From Marsupella aquatica (Eukaryota > Plantae > Marchantiophyta), in assembly GCA_973895155.1 (NCBI GenBank), contig OZ316898.1:9685761-9749760 (forward strand): a stretch of DNA of 64,000 nt, read 5' to 3'. Positions within the stretch are counted from its first letter, which is position 1. Every line of letters starts with the position of its first letter. The notes under the pieces are model-generated. The model ran no database searches. It was not told the DNA's origin and saw only the letters and a program-made list of their open reading frames with translations. Below, piece after piece: positions 51,230-64,000 of this stretch. The translations under genes and the position numbers were made by a program.

Positions 51230-54200
51230 ATGACCATTGAAAGTTTTGAAGTTGAGAAGCCGTGGGAGGAGCAAGGGTACGTCGACGTCGAGGATGAAAA
51301 CATAGACGGCCGTCCTCCGACTTGTGCTGGGCACTCATATTGCTTATGCCAGCAGCTCACGCAGAGTGGATTCTTGCGCAAGCTGGAACGAGCTGCTAGC
51401 ATTCATTTCGACTGGTGGGCTTAAAATATCTACGATTTGTTTAGCATTTTTATTGTCTGTAATTATTTCTGAATCCGGTTTTAGATAGTGTGGTACCTCT
51501 CCTGAAGCTGTAATTTGGTGACAGCACCGCCTAATCTTTATTAAGGAAACGACAGTTGGTACTTGTGTGTGGCGAGCTCAAGAAGTTCAATTTAAATGCT
51601 TCTCCGAGACGGTTTTTTAATTGAATTTTGAAAGATGTGGTGCCATTGTGAGTAACGAAGCTGAAAAATAACATTTGGCCGCGAGAGGGGAGAAAATATT
51701 AGTAACATTAGAGGGAGAGTAGAATTGCGGTTTTCATGTCAAAGGCATGCTCTGGCGACTGACGAGAGGCCTTTTTCAATGATTTGTTCCGTGTGTGGCA
51801 CAACTTGTTTCCGTTCAGGCTCACGTTCTGTAAAGAATTTGTGTACCACACATTTTTTCCATTCTCTCTCCCACTTATGATCCGTTTGGAGGGCGGTACG
51901 AATGGCATAATCAACCGTCAGTTTTGGGGAAGTCGCATGAGTGGCGTACAATGGTTTCTTTCAACATGCTGTGAGTACATTTCTATCTGCAAGTCGCCGT
52001 CATAAAACATTTTCCTGTCCTGTGACGTTGAATTATCAGATAAAGTAAACTTAGGGCATTCCTGAAATGTTGGAATTGGAATGGCACTAAAAGTCAACCC
52101 TCTTGTGAACTCTGATCAGTTGGCGTTGAACCTATCAGATGGAAACATGAGAGTCATTGACTGGTCCGATTGGTGTTGACTAATCACTGAACACGCGTGT
52201 CCTTGCGTTTGTGTCGTGCAGTTTTTATGTTGAACTGCCTCACTTTTCTCTATGTAAGTCCCGACATCGTCATTGTAGACATCCTCTGGGTTCTGCGCAA
52301 TATGGTAGGGTGATAACTCTACTGTAATTCTTCTCTATTTGACAAAGTGCAGCAACTGGTCATGCAGTTTCTGTTAGTCTAGTAGTACTGCTTGTCACGA
52401 TGGATCCAACTTTTGCTTTTTCTATTCGGACTCGCAGTAGTTTGCTCTTTTTCTTGGAAGGAAGCAAGAGTTTTGTTGTTTGGAGTCCTTGACGAGCATA
52501 TGTAGTAACCTCCTTTATTGATGTTAAACTCAAAACAGATCCTTGCAACCAAATATGGGTTTATCAACAGGGGAGAGATGCAGGAGATGAGACGACGAGT
52601 ACTTCCATTGCAAGTTCATATGGATCGCACGGTGTGACCGCTCTTCCTATGTGACTTCTAGATTCCTCTGAGTAGAATTCTAGAACTCGTGCATTTGGTT
52701 TGATGCTGGTCGTGGACTGCTTTTTATCAGAAGCAAGTGGTGCTGACGTTTTGTGTGTTGTACAGCTTGTATTAGCGTGGACAAACCCAATTCCTTTACG
52801 AGTCATAAAGAGGGAGCTGCTTCTTTCTGCTGCCCGTAAAGATCAGATTCGATGCACCGCTACACTACATCTCATTCCAGGAGCCTCAAATAAGACAGTG
52901 CAGACGATTATGGACCAACTTTCATCAATTTCAGAAAGGGTACGCTACTTTTCAAGAGTTCATGCATGAAACCCCATGACTTCAAGTTCTTTCCTTTTTC
53001 CAAATCTGTGTGTACCTTGGATAGAGCTTCTGAGTACCTTTGCATGTTTTGCTCAGCAAGACCAGCTCGACGACAGCATACCAAGCCCAACTCCTGGGGA
53101 AGGATCAGGATGGGGGAGATTTCTGGATGCAGAATTCGGTTTCAATCAAAACTTCCGTCCTTGTCCAGATTGTATACGACACGGTTGCACCAAGAGCCTA
53201 TTTGAAGATAGATGGATTGATATATCCATCTCCAAAATTTCTTCCGAGCCAGGAATGTTTGTCCCTAAGGAGGCATCTAGTGTAGCAACCCATGAATCAG
53301 CTCATGCCTCCCAACGAAGTGATACAACAGACGATAAAGCTTGCGTGGCTCTTGACCTTCCAGCTCTGTTGGTAGCAGCGTATATCGTTCAGCGGGCGGG
53401 TGACCTATTAAAGTGAGTTCTGAAAATGTCCTTTGTGCGATTTTGGCCCTGAAGTTCAGTCTTTGTTCTCTGATAAAGAAATGTTCTGAAGTCTAATACC
53501 CTATAGGAAGACTTTGGTCAATTGATGTATCCGTGACTTCGTCGAGTCCATCAAACAAACATATCTTGGTTCCCGATAACAACCAATCTAGTTTTTGCTG
53601 GCTCTGATTTTCAGGAAGAAGAACTTTCTGCATCAGATTTTCTCCAGTCCTTGGAGAGTGTATTGGACGTCAGCAGCAGTTGCTTTTGTGCGAAGCATAA
53701 TACCTTTTGCAACTCGTGCAATAACCGGTATGACATTTATGGCCCTGCAGTATGATATCATTTGAGACTATGAATGTCGGTAATTCTAATCTGCTTACAA
53801 TAGATCTTGTTTCCTGAATATAAGCACATTACTCCCTCCAAAACAATTGTGTTTAACTTGTCCTCTGAGTCTTAGGAACTTCTGACCGAAGCCATCATAA
53901 CTAGCAAATTCTGTCGTTTATTTCCTTGCATTTATTATTTGTTCAACCACGTCTGTAAGATAGACACAACTCCTTCAAGTCGTTTACTCTCAATATGTAT
54001 AAAGCAACCATAATAGTAACCTACAATAAAGTAGCTCTAAAGGACATTTGTTTTTCTATGTAGGTAAACCTTCAACATTTGGAGGGGGCAAGTGGTACCA
54101 TTTTGTTATCTCGATCAGCAGTTTTTGTATCAGCTATTCAGCAATGTGAGTTTAAGTAGTCTGGATGTGTTCAAGAAAATGTTTCCTGGCCTTGTCCTTT

Positions 54201-56714
54201 GCACTTCTTTATTGTCTTCAAGTGCTGTCCAGTTTTGGTGATTGTTCCAACTAGTCTCTGTCAGTAATAATTGGCTTTATTGTGAAAAATTCCCGATCAA
54301 CAGTGTCAAGAAGGCAATTGACAAACTTATTTAGATTCTCGTGTCTTCTGGCAACAATGAAGATTTTGAGTTCGTGAGTTATCTGCTGAACAGGTCAGCG
54401 AGTGTCATGTTTATGCTAGCAGGATCGGCTGATTTTCGTAGGAAATACTTTACTGCACGGCTGCTGAACACAATGCTAAAGGATGGCTGGTACGGGGACG
54501 AGAAACTCCATCCTCAAAAACGCGAGAAACTAAGGCAGCTGAACCTTCTTCAGCAAAAGTCTGTCTATCATCTGGGACTCACTGTTGACTTCACAGATCC
54601 CCGATCTATTGCTGGATGGTGGGCTGCTAGAGTGTTAGTTCAGGACTTTGGTACGGTGTTCTACATGAGGGTGAAGGTAAGGAGCCCCATTTTCGAGTCT
54701 AGGAAGCTATCTTTGTAGCAACTCTAGGTTTCTGGTCTGTGTGTTTGGTAGAGCATGTCTGGATTTAGTGGAGAATCTTCTTTTCCAAAATATTTTTTCA
54801 TAGTTTACTACTTCAGTGCATAGTAAGTCTGCAGGTAAGAAAATGCACTGTGACGAATGGTCAGATGGATCTTTTAAACTAACTTTGAAAAGTTATTGAA
54901 TGTTGAAATAGCAACTGTGTTAGATTTGTAACCGATTTTTTTCCGACCCTGTTGTTCCAGTTCCTGTAGGTATCTTGAAGAGTGAACTTCGGGAAAAAAA
55001 AAATCTAGGGGAAAGGTCTGTTTGACTAATATCATTTGCTGCTGAGTGGGATTTCTGATGTCCTTTCTCCCTGTGATGCAGCAATATGCCAGTTATTTTG
55101 CCATGTACTGTGCTCTGCTCATGGGTTTTCTGATCGTGGAGCTTTTTGCAACGGGTGCACGTACGAACATATATATCCTGTGAGTACCTCTTGTTTTTAG
55201 TTACTCATGGGAACGAGAATATTGGTGATCCAAGAGTCTAGACAAATTATTGCATGATCCGTTAAACTATTAAAGCAAATCATGTTTCCTTACTGCGCAC
55301 CCGGACTGTCGGCTCTTCTTATTTGTCGTGGTCTGTACAGACTCTGTCCACGTAGGGGGAAAATGATACTATGCTAGATTATTCTTTGCTTATGTGACCT
55401 GGTTTGGTGGGCTGAGGACATAAGAGTCATGCGTTTATCCCAAATAGGGGAGCACCGATCTGCCGGCCATTCTGATTTATTAATTTTAATTTTGGTTGAA
55501 CAGGGCGATTGTCGTTTATGACCTGTTCGTCTTTGTATTCCTGCTGTGTCTCATGGTCTTCCCCGGTGGAGAGGCAAATGATATGAATCATCAACATGGA
55601 GCAACTCTTGTCCGTAAGAAGGTGATTTGTTTTAACCCTGCTATCCTTCACCTTCCCCCGAGCAATCCCTCGGCTACTTCTTTTCCCATCCCTTCTCCTT
55701 TGTGGTCGCAATGAATATGTATGCCTCATTGCCAACGCTGGATCGTTATTACGCTCCTGGAAGAAGACACGCTGGCCCGACGTGCTTTCCGAAAAATATA
55801 GGCAAGAACAGTGCATTCGGGGCCAAGATGAAAAACTTATGTGGAGCAGGTACTTGAGGGTCTTTGCCGGTACGAAGGATCTAAAGGTCGAAAATAGCTT
55901 GTAGATTCCCGTACTCTAACGGGTGAGAGAACTCAGGCCAATAGGTCGTTTTGGTCTTTATCATTGATAGCACCTTTAGAAAGGGGAGAATATTCGTACC
56001 CAAATTTCTGATTACGTTCTATTTCGAGCACTACTTCAATGAAAAATGTTTGAAGTATCTAAACCATTCACGTTTTGCAAACCTCAAAGAGGTGTATTTT
56101 CGGAATACTTTTATCGAATGCTTTTGGCTCCAGAAGTTTGGAGGATGAAGTTTGGAGGATGGTTTTCTTTTTCAATCATGCTACTCATAAAGCGACTGAG
56201 AGGGTATGTCTGATGGGTGCCTGACTAGAATTTGGTTTGAACGACAGATGGTGATATCCAACAAAGTACACTGCACTGTGGAGGATATGCATCCGCGAGA
56301 TCGAAAAATACTGGCTATATCGCTTGAAGTGTTGCAGTCTATTTCTCAAGCTGTTTATTGGGAGAATATCACGAATAAGGTACTGGGCTTTCACTCTGCA
56401 ATGTTGACAGTGGTTGGGGTATCTATGCCCTTCATGTGGTAGTTAGACACAACCTGCTTTTTGCATACATCAAAACAGTTACATTAGGCTGAATCATTAT
56501 GACAGCACAATGCTTAGTTTAGCAACTCCTTGTAAGCTCACAGATCGTGACTAGTGTCCCGCTCAAATCGGACCGTGACTGTGTAACATTGGAATTGCAG
56601 GTAACTATTCTTGGTATCACTGCTGGGGGTGAGTTGATCGCACTTTTAGTTGGTTTTGGAAGTGCCGCCATTGGCATTGCAGCTCAACAACTAACTTCCA
56701 AAATAAACAATTAA
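51230..56714 (+). CDS. Multi-pass membrane protein, about 660 aa, 13 exons; PHTF-like candidate member of the 7TM ion channel (insect OR/GR-like) superfamily
   Basis: Exons 51230-51414, 51819-51970, 52222-52304, 52539-52631, 52766-52939, 53057-53412, 53615-53727, 54064-54145, 54394-54676, 55082-55179, 55504-55621, 56248-56379 and 56601-56714. All 12 introns are GT-AG and phase-compatible, total 1983 nt with no internal stop, and an in-frame stop (51158-51160) precedes the ATG. Seven hydrophobic segments have a long loop between TM2 and TM3. The gene model is well supported; the family call is inference from recalled motifs. Confidence 0.85.
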
Positions 56715-59367
56715 CTTCCAGAATATGCCCTCTAAAAACTACCGGCACATTTGTTTTAAGTAGGTGAGATTGATGGTCTCTCTGCTCGTCCATAATTGTG
56801 GATCATCCTCGCTGATGTTTGATCCATTCGAGCTGTTGTCAATGACAATGGCAGCAAAGTCTGGCATTTGTGTATCGATTGGAAACAAGCTTAAGCAAGT
56901 TTGGAAACAGGGGAGCTTCCTATAACATGGAAAGACGAGTAGCGAGCACTTAGGATGAGGAATTGGCTGAACCGTTTAGTTTTGAGGAACAAGGGACTCA
57001 TGTAAAGACAGCGGACTTAGACGTGAGCTCTCAAATATTTTGTAGGATAGAAAGAAGAACATCTCAACTCAATTAAAAATCGATTGAGCATCAATGAAAT
57101 CCTTACAATTAGGGGATGGTGAGATGCTTCTTCGCAAGAGGTGGTCAACCTGAGCATATATTTGATCGAGTAATGTTGGCGTTTGATGTGCTTGAGCTTG
57201 TGTAGTTGCATATTATGGAACCTTTGTTCAATGCTTTACTTGCAGGAGAACTCAGGGATTCGCCAAATGAGCCATAATCACAAAAGCATCCCTTCAAAGT
57301 TTCACTTAATAACCTTTCAATTGTAATGGATTGGGATCACTGAGTAACCATTGTCGATTGTGATGACTGTTTACGTGCATACGGTGGGGGATTTTGAATG
57401 AGAATGTGTACCCCATGTGTTGCATTACTGCCACAGGTGGATGAGAAGATGTTCTACTGCCGTCGTGGATCTGAGTATTATACGTGCCTGGTTATGAAAG
57501 ACGTCATATCAAGATCACACATTAGTGACTGGGTATCCTAGTGGACTTGGTGGGAGTCACTGCAATGACATATCAATTTAGAGGGGAGGATGTGTTACGC
57601 GAGCACGGCTTTGAAACCCAGGGTTAAGTAAGGTTTTGAGGTTGCTTTGGCCTCCCAATCGCAAAGTAACCCAACATGTTGCTCTCACAGTTCCATGACG
57701 GTCTAAAATTGCATACAGCAAGTTGACCACTGGAAGTCTCCTGCTTACAGGATGTTCACAGCTTAGCACAAAAACAGGAACAATCAGAAGCTACTGTGCT
57801 GTTCTCTTTGAGCACATGATTAAGATTGTGCATTTGGACATCGTCACTCTGTAAATAATATCGCGGATGGTGGATATTGTGAAGGTACTTTACATTCGCA
57901 TGGTCTACGCATTGCCTCGCAGAAGGGACAGTATCTGCCTGAATGCCTTGGCACAATTCTTAATTAAGGCAAACGACCTTCTGTTACAAATCACTTGCAA
58001 GTTCTTGCTGATCACTCTACCTCGTGGATCAAAAAATTTGAGAGTATGGTTAAGGTATTTAAAACCTAGCATATGGTGCATTAAAGGCTTCTCCAGTTGG
58101 CCACAAGTCAAAGGTATGGTGCACTGCTGTAAACCTTACAACTGACCCAAAGAGGTGACCAAAAAAGGTTGTCCAACATCTAAGAAACTCTTTCCCCAGG
58201 TCCATACTCTACCTACCGATCTATAAACCTGTACTTACAGAGGATGGCGCAACATGCAACACTTCTTTCGTAGGTTAGAACTCCACCACGAACGATCTAT
58301 ACTTGGTTTTAAAGACCCGACCCAAGAAGAGCATGACAATCGTAAGCCCGAAGCGGTTCACACGGACGTCTCCCTCGGGGCACTTCCGGCTTAAAAACCG
58401 TTACGCCTGCAAAAAACCTACGCTAAATCCTAACCTCCCAATCGTTTTTCAGACAAGATTCATTGTTCCCCACATATACCGTAGAGTGAGATTTAAGCTT
58501 TCGTTATGCACTATATAGCGTTTTTGATTTGGTCATGCGTTGTGCATTAGTCCAATCCTTCAATTAAGGAAGCGTGGGCAAAGTATCGCCGTGGCAGCTC
58601 GCAATTAATAAAGAGCCAAGCCTGCAAGTAGAGAAGAACAAGAAAACAAGTGGCATTGTTCATTCTTGTCATTTTTGAGTTTTCAAACGGATTAAGAAAT
58701 CTCCTCCGCTAAGAGTTATCTGCAGGCCCTTCATGCTAATATGTAAAGTTCAGAGCTGCAGAATCTCCACCGAAGGTAGCCTCCACGGGGAGAAAATGGC
58801 ACACCAGTAACGTGGTAGTGTGGATAGTCCACAATCACGTCATTAGTATGATTGTCTGAGCGTCAGTGGTGGGATCCTATATCCTACACACACCGTCAGG
58901 ACATTCCACACCAGTATGAGCTCTCTGGGTCAATTACCTGTTTAATTCAAAAGTTTCAATGGTCCTTACATCCACAAACCCCTTTCCATTAGGAGCTTTT
59001 GAGCCACTTACTGTTGAAGGCATGCCATAATAGCATGAACTTGTCTGAAAAGGTTTCCAGGCTTCCGCTTGTTCAGATGCAATTTGGGTTCTCGCACTCA
59101 AATGATTTCCATCTCAAAATCAGTATCCCTCCCGGTCTGAACGTAGCAGGGGCATTACGTTTCGGTAGCCCCACATCAAGGTATGAGGCATCCTTCTCAA
59201 TGTTCAGCCAACTCCGTGGACATCAACTTAGGGGGCGTCAAAATGAATCCGGAGGTCTAGTTGGTTGCTTCTCGTGACACCAACCCGTGTTGTACCATTG
59301 TAGTGTGAACGCATCTGACCAGGAAACTTGACAGCTTGCTGATGCATGAAACATCTCCATACTCAGC

Positions 59368-62300
59368 TTATACATTTGATGACCCTCCCTTTTCCTCCGG
59401 TGGCTCACCAGGAAGAGCCTCATATTGGCCATTTGTCTGTGCCTGGGAATCGTTGATCTTCTCTGCTGGAACGGGGATGAATTTTACAACCACAGCCACG
59501 AGCATACTCACTGCTCCGATGCCCACCGTAATCAACCACTGATACTTAGTCAACGGAACCGTGTGAGCGAGCTTGCCCAAGAAAGTGACCATTATCCACT
59601 GGAAAACCACTGTAAAAGAAATGATAAGCACGAACACCCAGTTGTCGAATGTATGCGCAAACACGTTCACTTTCTCCATTTCACGTGCATTGATTTCATT
59701 GAAGACCTGCACAAACACCACAGATTGGTCTCAGTTGTAGAGTAGCTCTCTAAAATCACTTCCATTGCCAGGCCTCTCTCTGATTTCCGTGTGAGAAGAC
59801 CAGGATTACTGTTAAATCCAAATATCCAGACACCACAAATTCGTATCTGTTATAAATTTCTCTCTCCAAAATCACTTCCAATGATGAGTCTCTCTATAAT
59901 TTCCACTCCTGTTGAGAAGACCACTAGTATGTTCAATTAAAGTTACCCAATTCAGTTATCACTTAAACAATAGCTGACACAAGGAGGTATCCAGATGGGT
60001 GCTTACCTGGCAGAAAACGAAGGCATTGAATATCATTGTATTCAGCTGATCCTCAGTGTCCAAACCTTGTAGGTCTAGGATGTCGATACCTTTGTACTGT
60101 AGTATTCCCAAAACAGTAAGTTGGTAAATAACCTGTCCAATTATGTTGCGCCACATAATATTGCTGATAAATTTCCCCTTTTTCCCTATTGCCTTCTTCG
60201 TCATGAGATCATCATGCGGTGGTTCTGTGGCCAACGCCAGGGCCCCAAGAGTGTCCATAATCAAGTTGACCCACAATAGTTGGACGGCAGTGAGCGGTGC
60301 CTCCCCTGTGACCATAACAAATATTCAGAGCATAGACTTTGTACTCTGAAGCACTACAAAGCAGGGCGGCATGTAATGTTCTGAGAAAGGCAATGGAAAA
60401 ACAACCCCTTGCTTCCAGAGACATGACGAATAAATTTCACCAACATCATGAAGAGAATCCTTCCATCGTTCTAATTTATGCCAGAAATTATTTGATCGCT
60501 CAGACCACATAAACATTTTGCAAAAGGGATTCAAAGTGAACCGACCAGTGAGACAAGCAGAGGTGAAATTGATGACCAAAGCAACCAGGTTCACAGTCAA
60601 CTGGAACTGGACAAATTTTTGAATATTTGCATAAACAGCACGACCCCATTTGGCGACAACCACAATCGTGCCAAAATTATCGTCCAAGATAATCACGTCA
60701 GCACTCTCCTTCGCCACCTGCTCACAAGCATCCTCTTGTGAGAACTGTCCCATACTCACTCCCGGAATGTAATTTACGAATGCTCTATTGAGAAGGTCCT
60801 AAGGAGTCCTCACGTGCGATCCCAATACAGACCAACGAATGCTTGCTTGACAGCCAGTGCAAAAGTTATGGTTTGGCCCGATTCGAGACATGAATATCAT
60901 TTGTTACTTCCACTTTAGCTGGGCCAAAATCATCCTCGCAAAGTGCTTGAAACCAAGATGTAATGTATACCTCAGTGCCGGCAATTCCCATCGCCAACCC
61001 GATGTCCGCTTCATGCAGTGCAGGGGCGTCATTTGTTCCATCACCTGTTACTGCAACTACTTCTCCGAGTTTTCGTAGATGTTTCACCAAAGTGAGCTTG
61101 TCGGATGGAGAGGATCTTGCCATAACCTGGCATCGCCACACAGTCAAACCAACGTAAGTGGGGACAAAACGAAAAGTAAGAAAGAAGTTGCTTAATTTCT
61201 TGATAAGCTAAGCTAATGTTTGGGTAAAATAGCCCACGTTGTACGAAGCACTATCAATAGTTTTGAAAAACGCACGAATTTAGCCAATACCATTCACTTC
61301 CGCTCACTAATTAGCTAGTATTTTTATTCCACAAGCAGGAGAGTGGATAGTTCATTAACTTCATCAAGACCTGGACGTAGAGTTTTGCCAACCTTCCCTG
61401 ATATTCACTCGGATAAACTTTGCCCTTCAGGATTGCTGGTGTTTTGCTCATCCTGTAAAGTTTGAGCCGGACTTCTCTCATTTAATTTAAATTTTTACTC
61501 AATCGCTTTCGTGCCTAACTGACCACCACAGAAATTCCTTCACTTTCCTCGGGTCCCACCGTTTGGCTCGCCTTAATGGGTCTCGATTACTTTCAACATC
61601 CTGATTCTTTCACTTCAATAAGTCTCGCCCTGTGACTAAGACTTAGGAATGCCATGCACTTGGTCTCAGGGTCCGAATCCGTCAACATGGACTGGTACGC
61701 TGGCCAAATTTAATTTAATGTGAGTTAAGTTTGAATCACAGAGATAGGTGAAGGTTGTCTGACTTGGAATGGCATAAGCGGTCCGGAAGGCAATATTGAT
61801 TATTCAAGGACGTGTCCCCAAAATAATGTCTTTCACACGGTATGACCAGGTTGAGTAATGCTGACAGTAACACTCCATCTAGTTTTAAGGGAGGCCAGAC
61901 AATTAGAGAAGCTTTCGCTCGGCGTCGCTGATAGTAGTACAGTACACGTGACGTTACCTGTATGTTTGGAATTCTCTTGCACATTTCCTCCTCGCTCCAT
62001 CTCCGAAAATCTGGCCCTTCTACAGCTTCACCATCTTCCGTAAGAATCCCGCATTCCCGTGCAATAGCTCTGGCCGTATCAACGTTGTCTCCGGTGACCA
62101 TTCTCACCTTGATTCCTGCTGAGAAACAAAGCTTGACGGCCTCAGGCACACCTGCGCGGACGGGATCTTTGATGCCCACAATAGCCAGGCACACGAGATG
62201 GCTCTCGGGAACCTCTTGGCAGTGATCCTGGTGCACATCAACATATGCCAAACAGAGCGTTCTAAGAGCTTGGTCGGCGAATTCGCATATGGTTGCCTTC

Positions 62301-63858
62301 AGGTGTTTCTGTTTCTCCTCGGTCATAGAAGATACGTTTCCTTCGGCATCAACGACTTTGTCACACATCCCCAACACTATCTCAGAAGCACCTTTCCAGT
62401 GGGCACGGAGCTGCCCATCGGGATGCCTCACTGCCACTCCCATTCTCTTCCGTTTTGAATTGAAAGGGTTCATTTTCACGATTTCGAACTTTTCTCTAGT
62501 GGACCGAAAATCTCCTCCAAGAGCAACTCCAAGTCCCAAAACCGCCGTCTCCGTCGGTGTGCCGATCAGAGCGGGCTTTCCGTCCGGGCCCATATCGCCA
62601 ACGTCTCCACTTGTGTTTTTGAATACGTGTTCGATAAGTAACTCTCGTACTCTTGGGGATATTTGGGACTTCACCTCGCTAACAGTTCCAACAGAGCCAC
62701 CTACCCACGCTTTCGTGACTGTCATCTCGTTGGTGGTCAATGTGCCAGTTTTATCACTGCAGATCGCTGTAGCTGATCCCATGGTTTCACAAGCTGCCAG
62801 GTGACGTACCAGAGCCTTATCGAGCATCATTTTCTTCATTGCAAAAGCAAGAGTGAGAGTCACGGCCAGAGGAAGGCCTTCAGGGACAGCCACAACAATG
62901 ATGGTGACGGCAATAGCGAAATAGTTGACAATGGCTACCGCATCGTCCCCACTCCATGTTGTGGCGCCCTCTGCGCTGAACTTCCCGAAGAGGAACCTCG
63001 CTAGGAGCACCAAGAAGGTGGCCAATGCGAATCCCAGCCCAAGTTTGCCTATGAACGTTGCCAGGCCGCTGAGCTTGACCTGGAGGGGGGTCTCTGAATC
63101 ATCGTCCCCACCAAGGGTTGCCATCAAATGTCCCCACTCCGTATGCATTCCTACCCCAGTTATCAACATAAGGCCACCGCCATCCTGCACCTTGGTCCCG
63201 GAAAGAAGAAAGGGGTTGCGCTCCGGAGATTTATGTTGAGGATTACTCTCCCCAGTCATTGTGGATTCATCGACTGTCAATTCGTAGCCTTCAAGGAGGA
63301 GCCCATCACCTGGGATTTGATCTCCAATTGACAAATGCACGATGTCACCCACAACGAGATCAAAAATGGAAACTTTCTTCCGACACCCACCTCGAGTGAC
63401 TTGAATATCAATCTTTTTCTTCTCTTTGTCCAGATCTCGGAATTGCAGAGACTGCTGATAATCGCTAAAGGCAGTGACAAGTACCACCAGAATAATGCTG
63501 AAGAGAATTCCAGTTCCATCATACCAACCTTCCTGGATGCCTTCAGAGGCTATCCCTACTCCAAAAGAGACTATAGCACAAACAAACAGGATTTGCAGGG
63601 TCAAGTCTTGCATAGCATCCCAGACGAACCTCAAAAATCCCTTTTGCTCTTTCTCCGGATAAGTGTTGGGTCCAAAATCCTGCCGCTGTTTCTCACATCT
63701 TTCTTCATCAAGTCCAATCTTCGGATCAACGCTCAACTTCTGACATAGCTGTTTGATGCCTCCATGTTTCTTTAAAGCTTGCAGATCCCTAGTTTCGGCC
63801 AACGAAGCGAGCGTATCCGCATTGAGTTCGGTGCCACCATCAATATGAACGGAATGAT
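59368..63858 (-). CDS. ACA: P2B-type autoinhibited Ca2+-ATPase (ACA), 5'-partial
   Basis: Exons 63858-61958, 61126-60971, 60717-60546, 60305-60007 and 59706-59368, with GT-AG introns. Motifs: [20 protein letters not shown], phosphorylation site [83 protein letters not shown]. The exon layout (large exon, then 156/172/299 bp) resembles the ACA1/2/4/11 type. The N-terminal regulatory exons lie beyond the window. Confidence 0.96.
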
Positions 63859-64000
63859 CTGAAAATGACAGCAATACGTAGGGATGAGAAATTGGCTTCG
63901 GATGAAAACTTGGCTTCGGAATCTGTGCAAGAAATTGGGAGTCGGGGCACAGCAATCGCAGGCACAACTGGACCAGGACACTCTAGTCCCCATTGGTAAG

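Noticed and set aside
57359-57475. C/D box snoRNA (GTGATGA...CTGA)
   Set aside because: No terminal stem and no recognisable rRNA guide sequence.
61736-63967. 743-aa ORF as a complete single-exon protein
   Set aside because: Both ends run into introns; the real exon is 63858-61958 of the spliced ACA gene.

Overview
Eukaryotic, land-plant nuclear DNA. The intron style, long GA-rich leaders and gene content suggest a bryophyte such as a liverwort, but this is inference only. Four spliced protein-coding genes are supported. (1) The last exon of a WDR20/CreC-like WD40 gene (+, ends 306). (2) A complete 8-exon RG-I rhamnosyltransferase (RRT1-like, GT106; +, 39285-43753, about 519 aa). (3) A complete 13-exon, about 660-aa multi-pass membrane protein gene (+, 51230-56714) that the ORF track shows only as fragments; it looks like a PHTF-type member of the 7TM ion channel superfamily that includes insect odorant/gustatory receptors, and is the most interesting feature here. 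(4) The 3' five exons of a P2B autoinhibited Ca2+-ATPase (ACA; -, 59368-63858, 5' end outside the window). The ~39 kb between the first two genes is a repeat landscape. It holds a non-autonomous LTR element with 142-bp LTRs, a 5-bp TSD and an extended half-tRNA-Ile primer site, and a 1.55-kb A-tailed retroposon with a 13-bp TSD. It also holds several TIR/MITE elements, tRNA-derived SINE-like heads, decayed LTRs and many tandem arrays. All gene models were spliced by hand, and homology calls come from recalled family motifs, not database searches.
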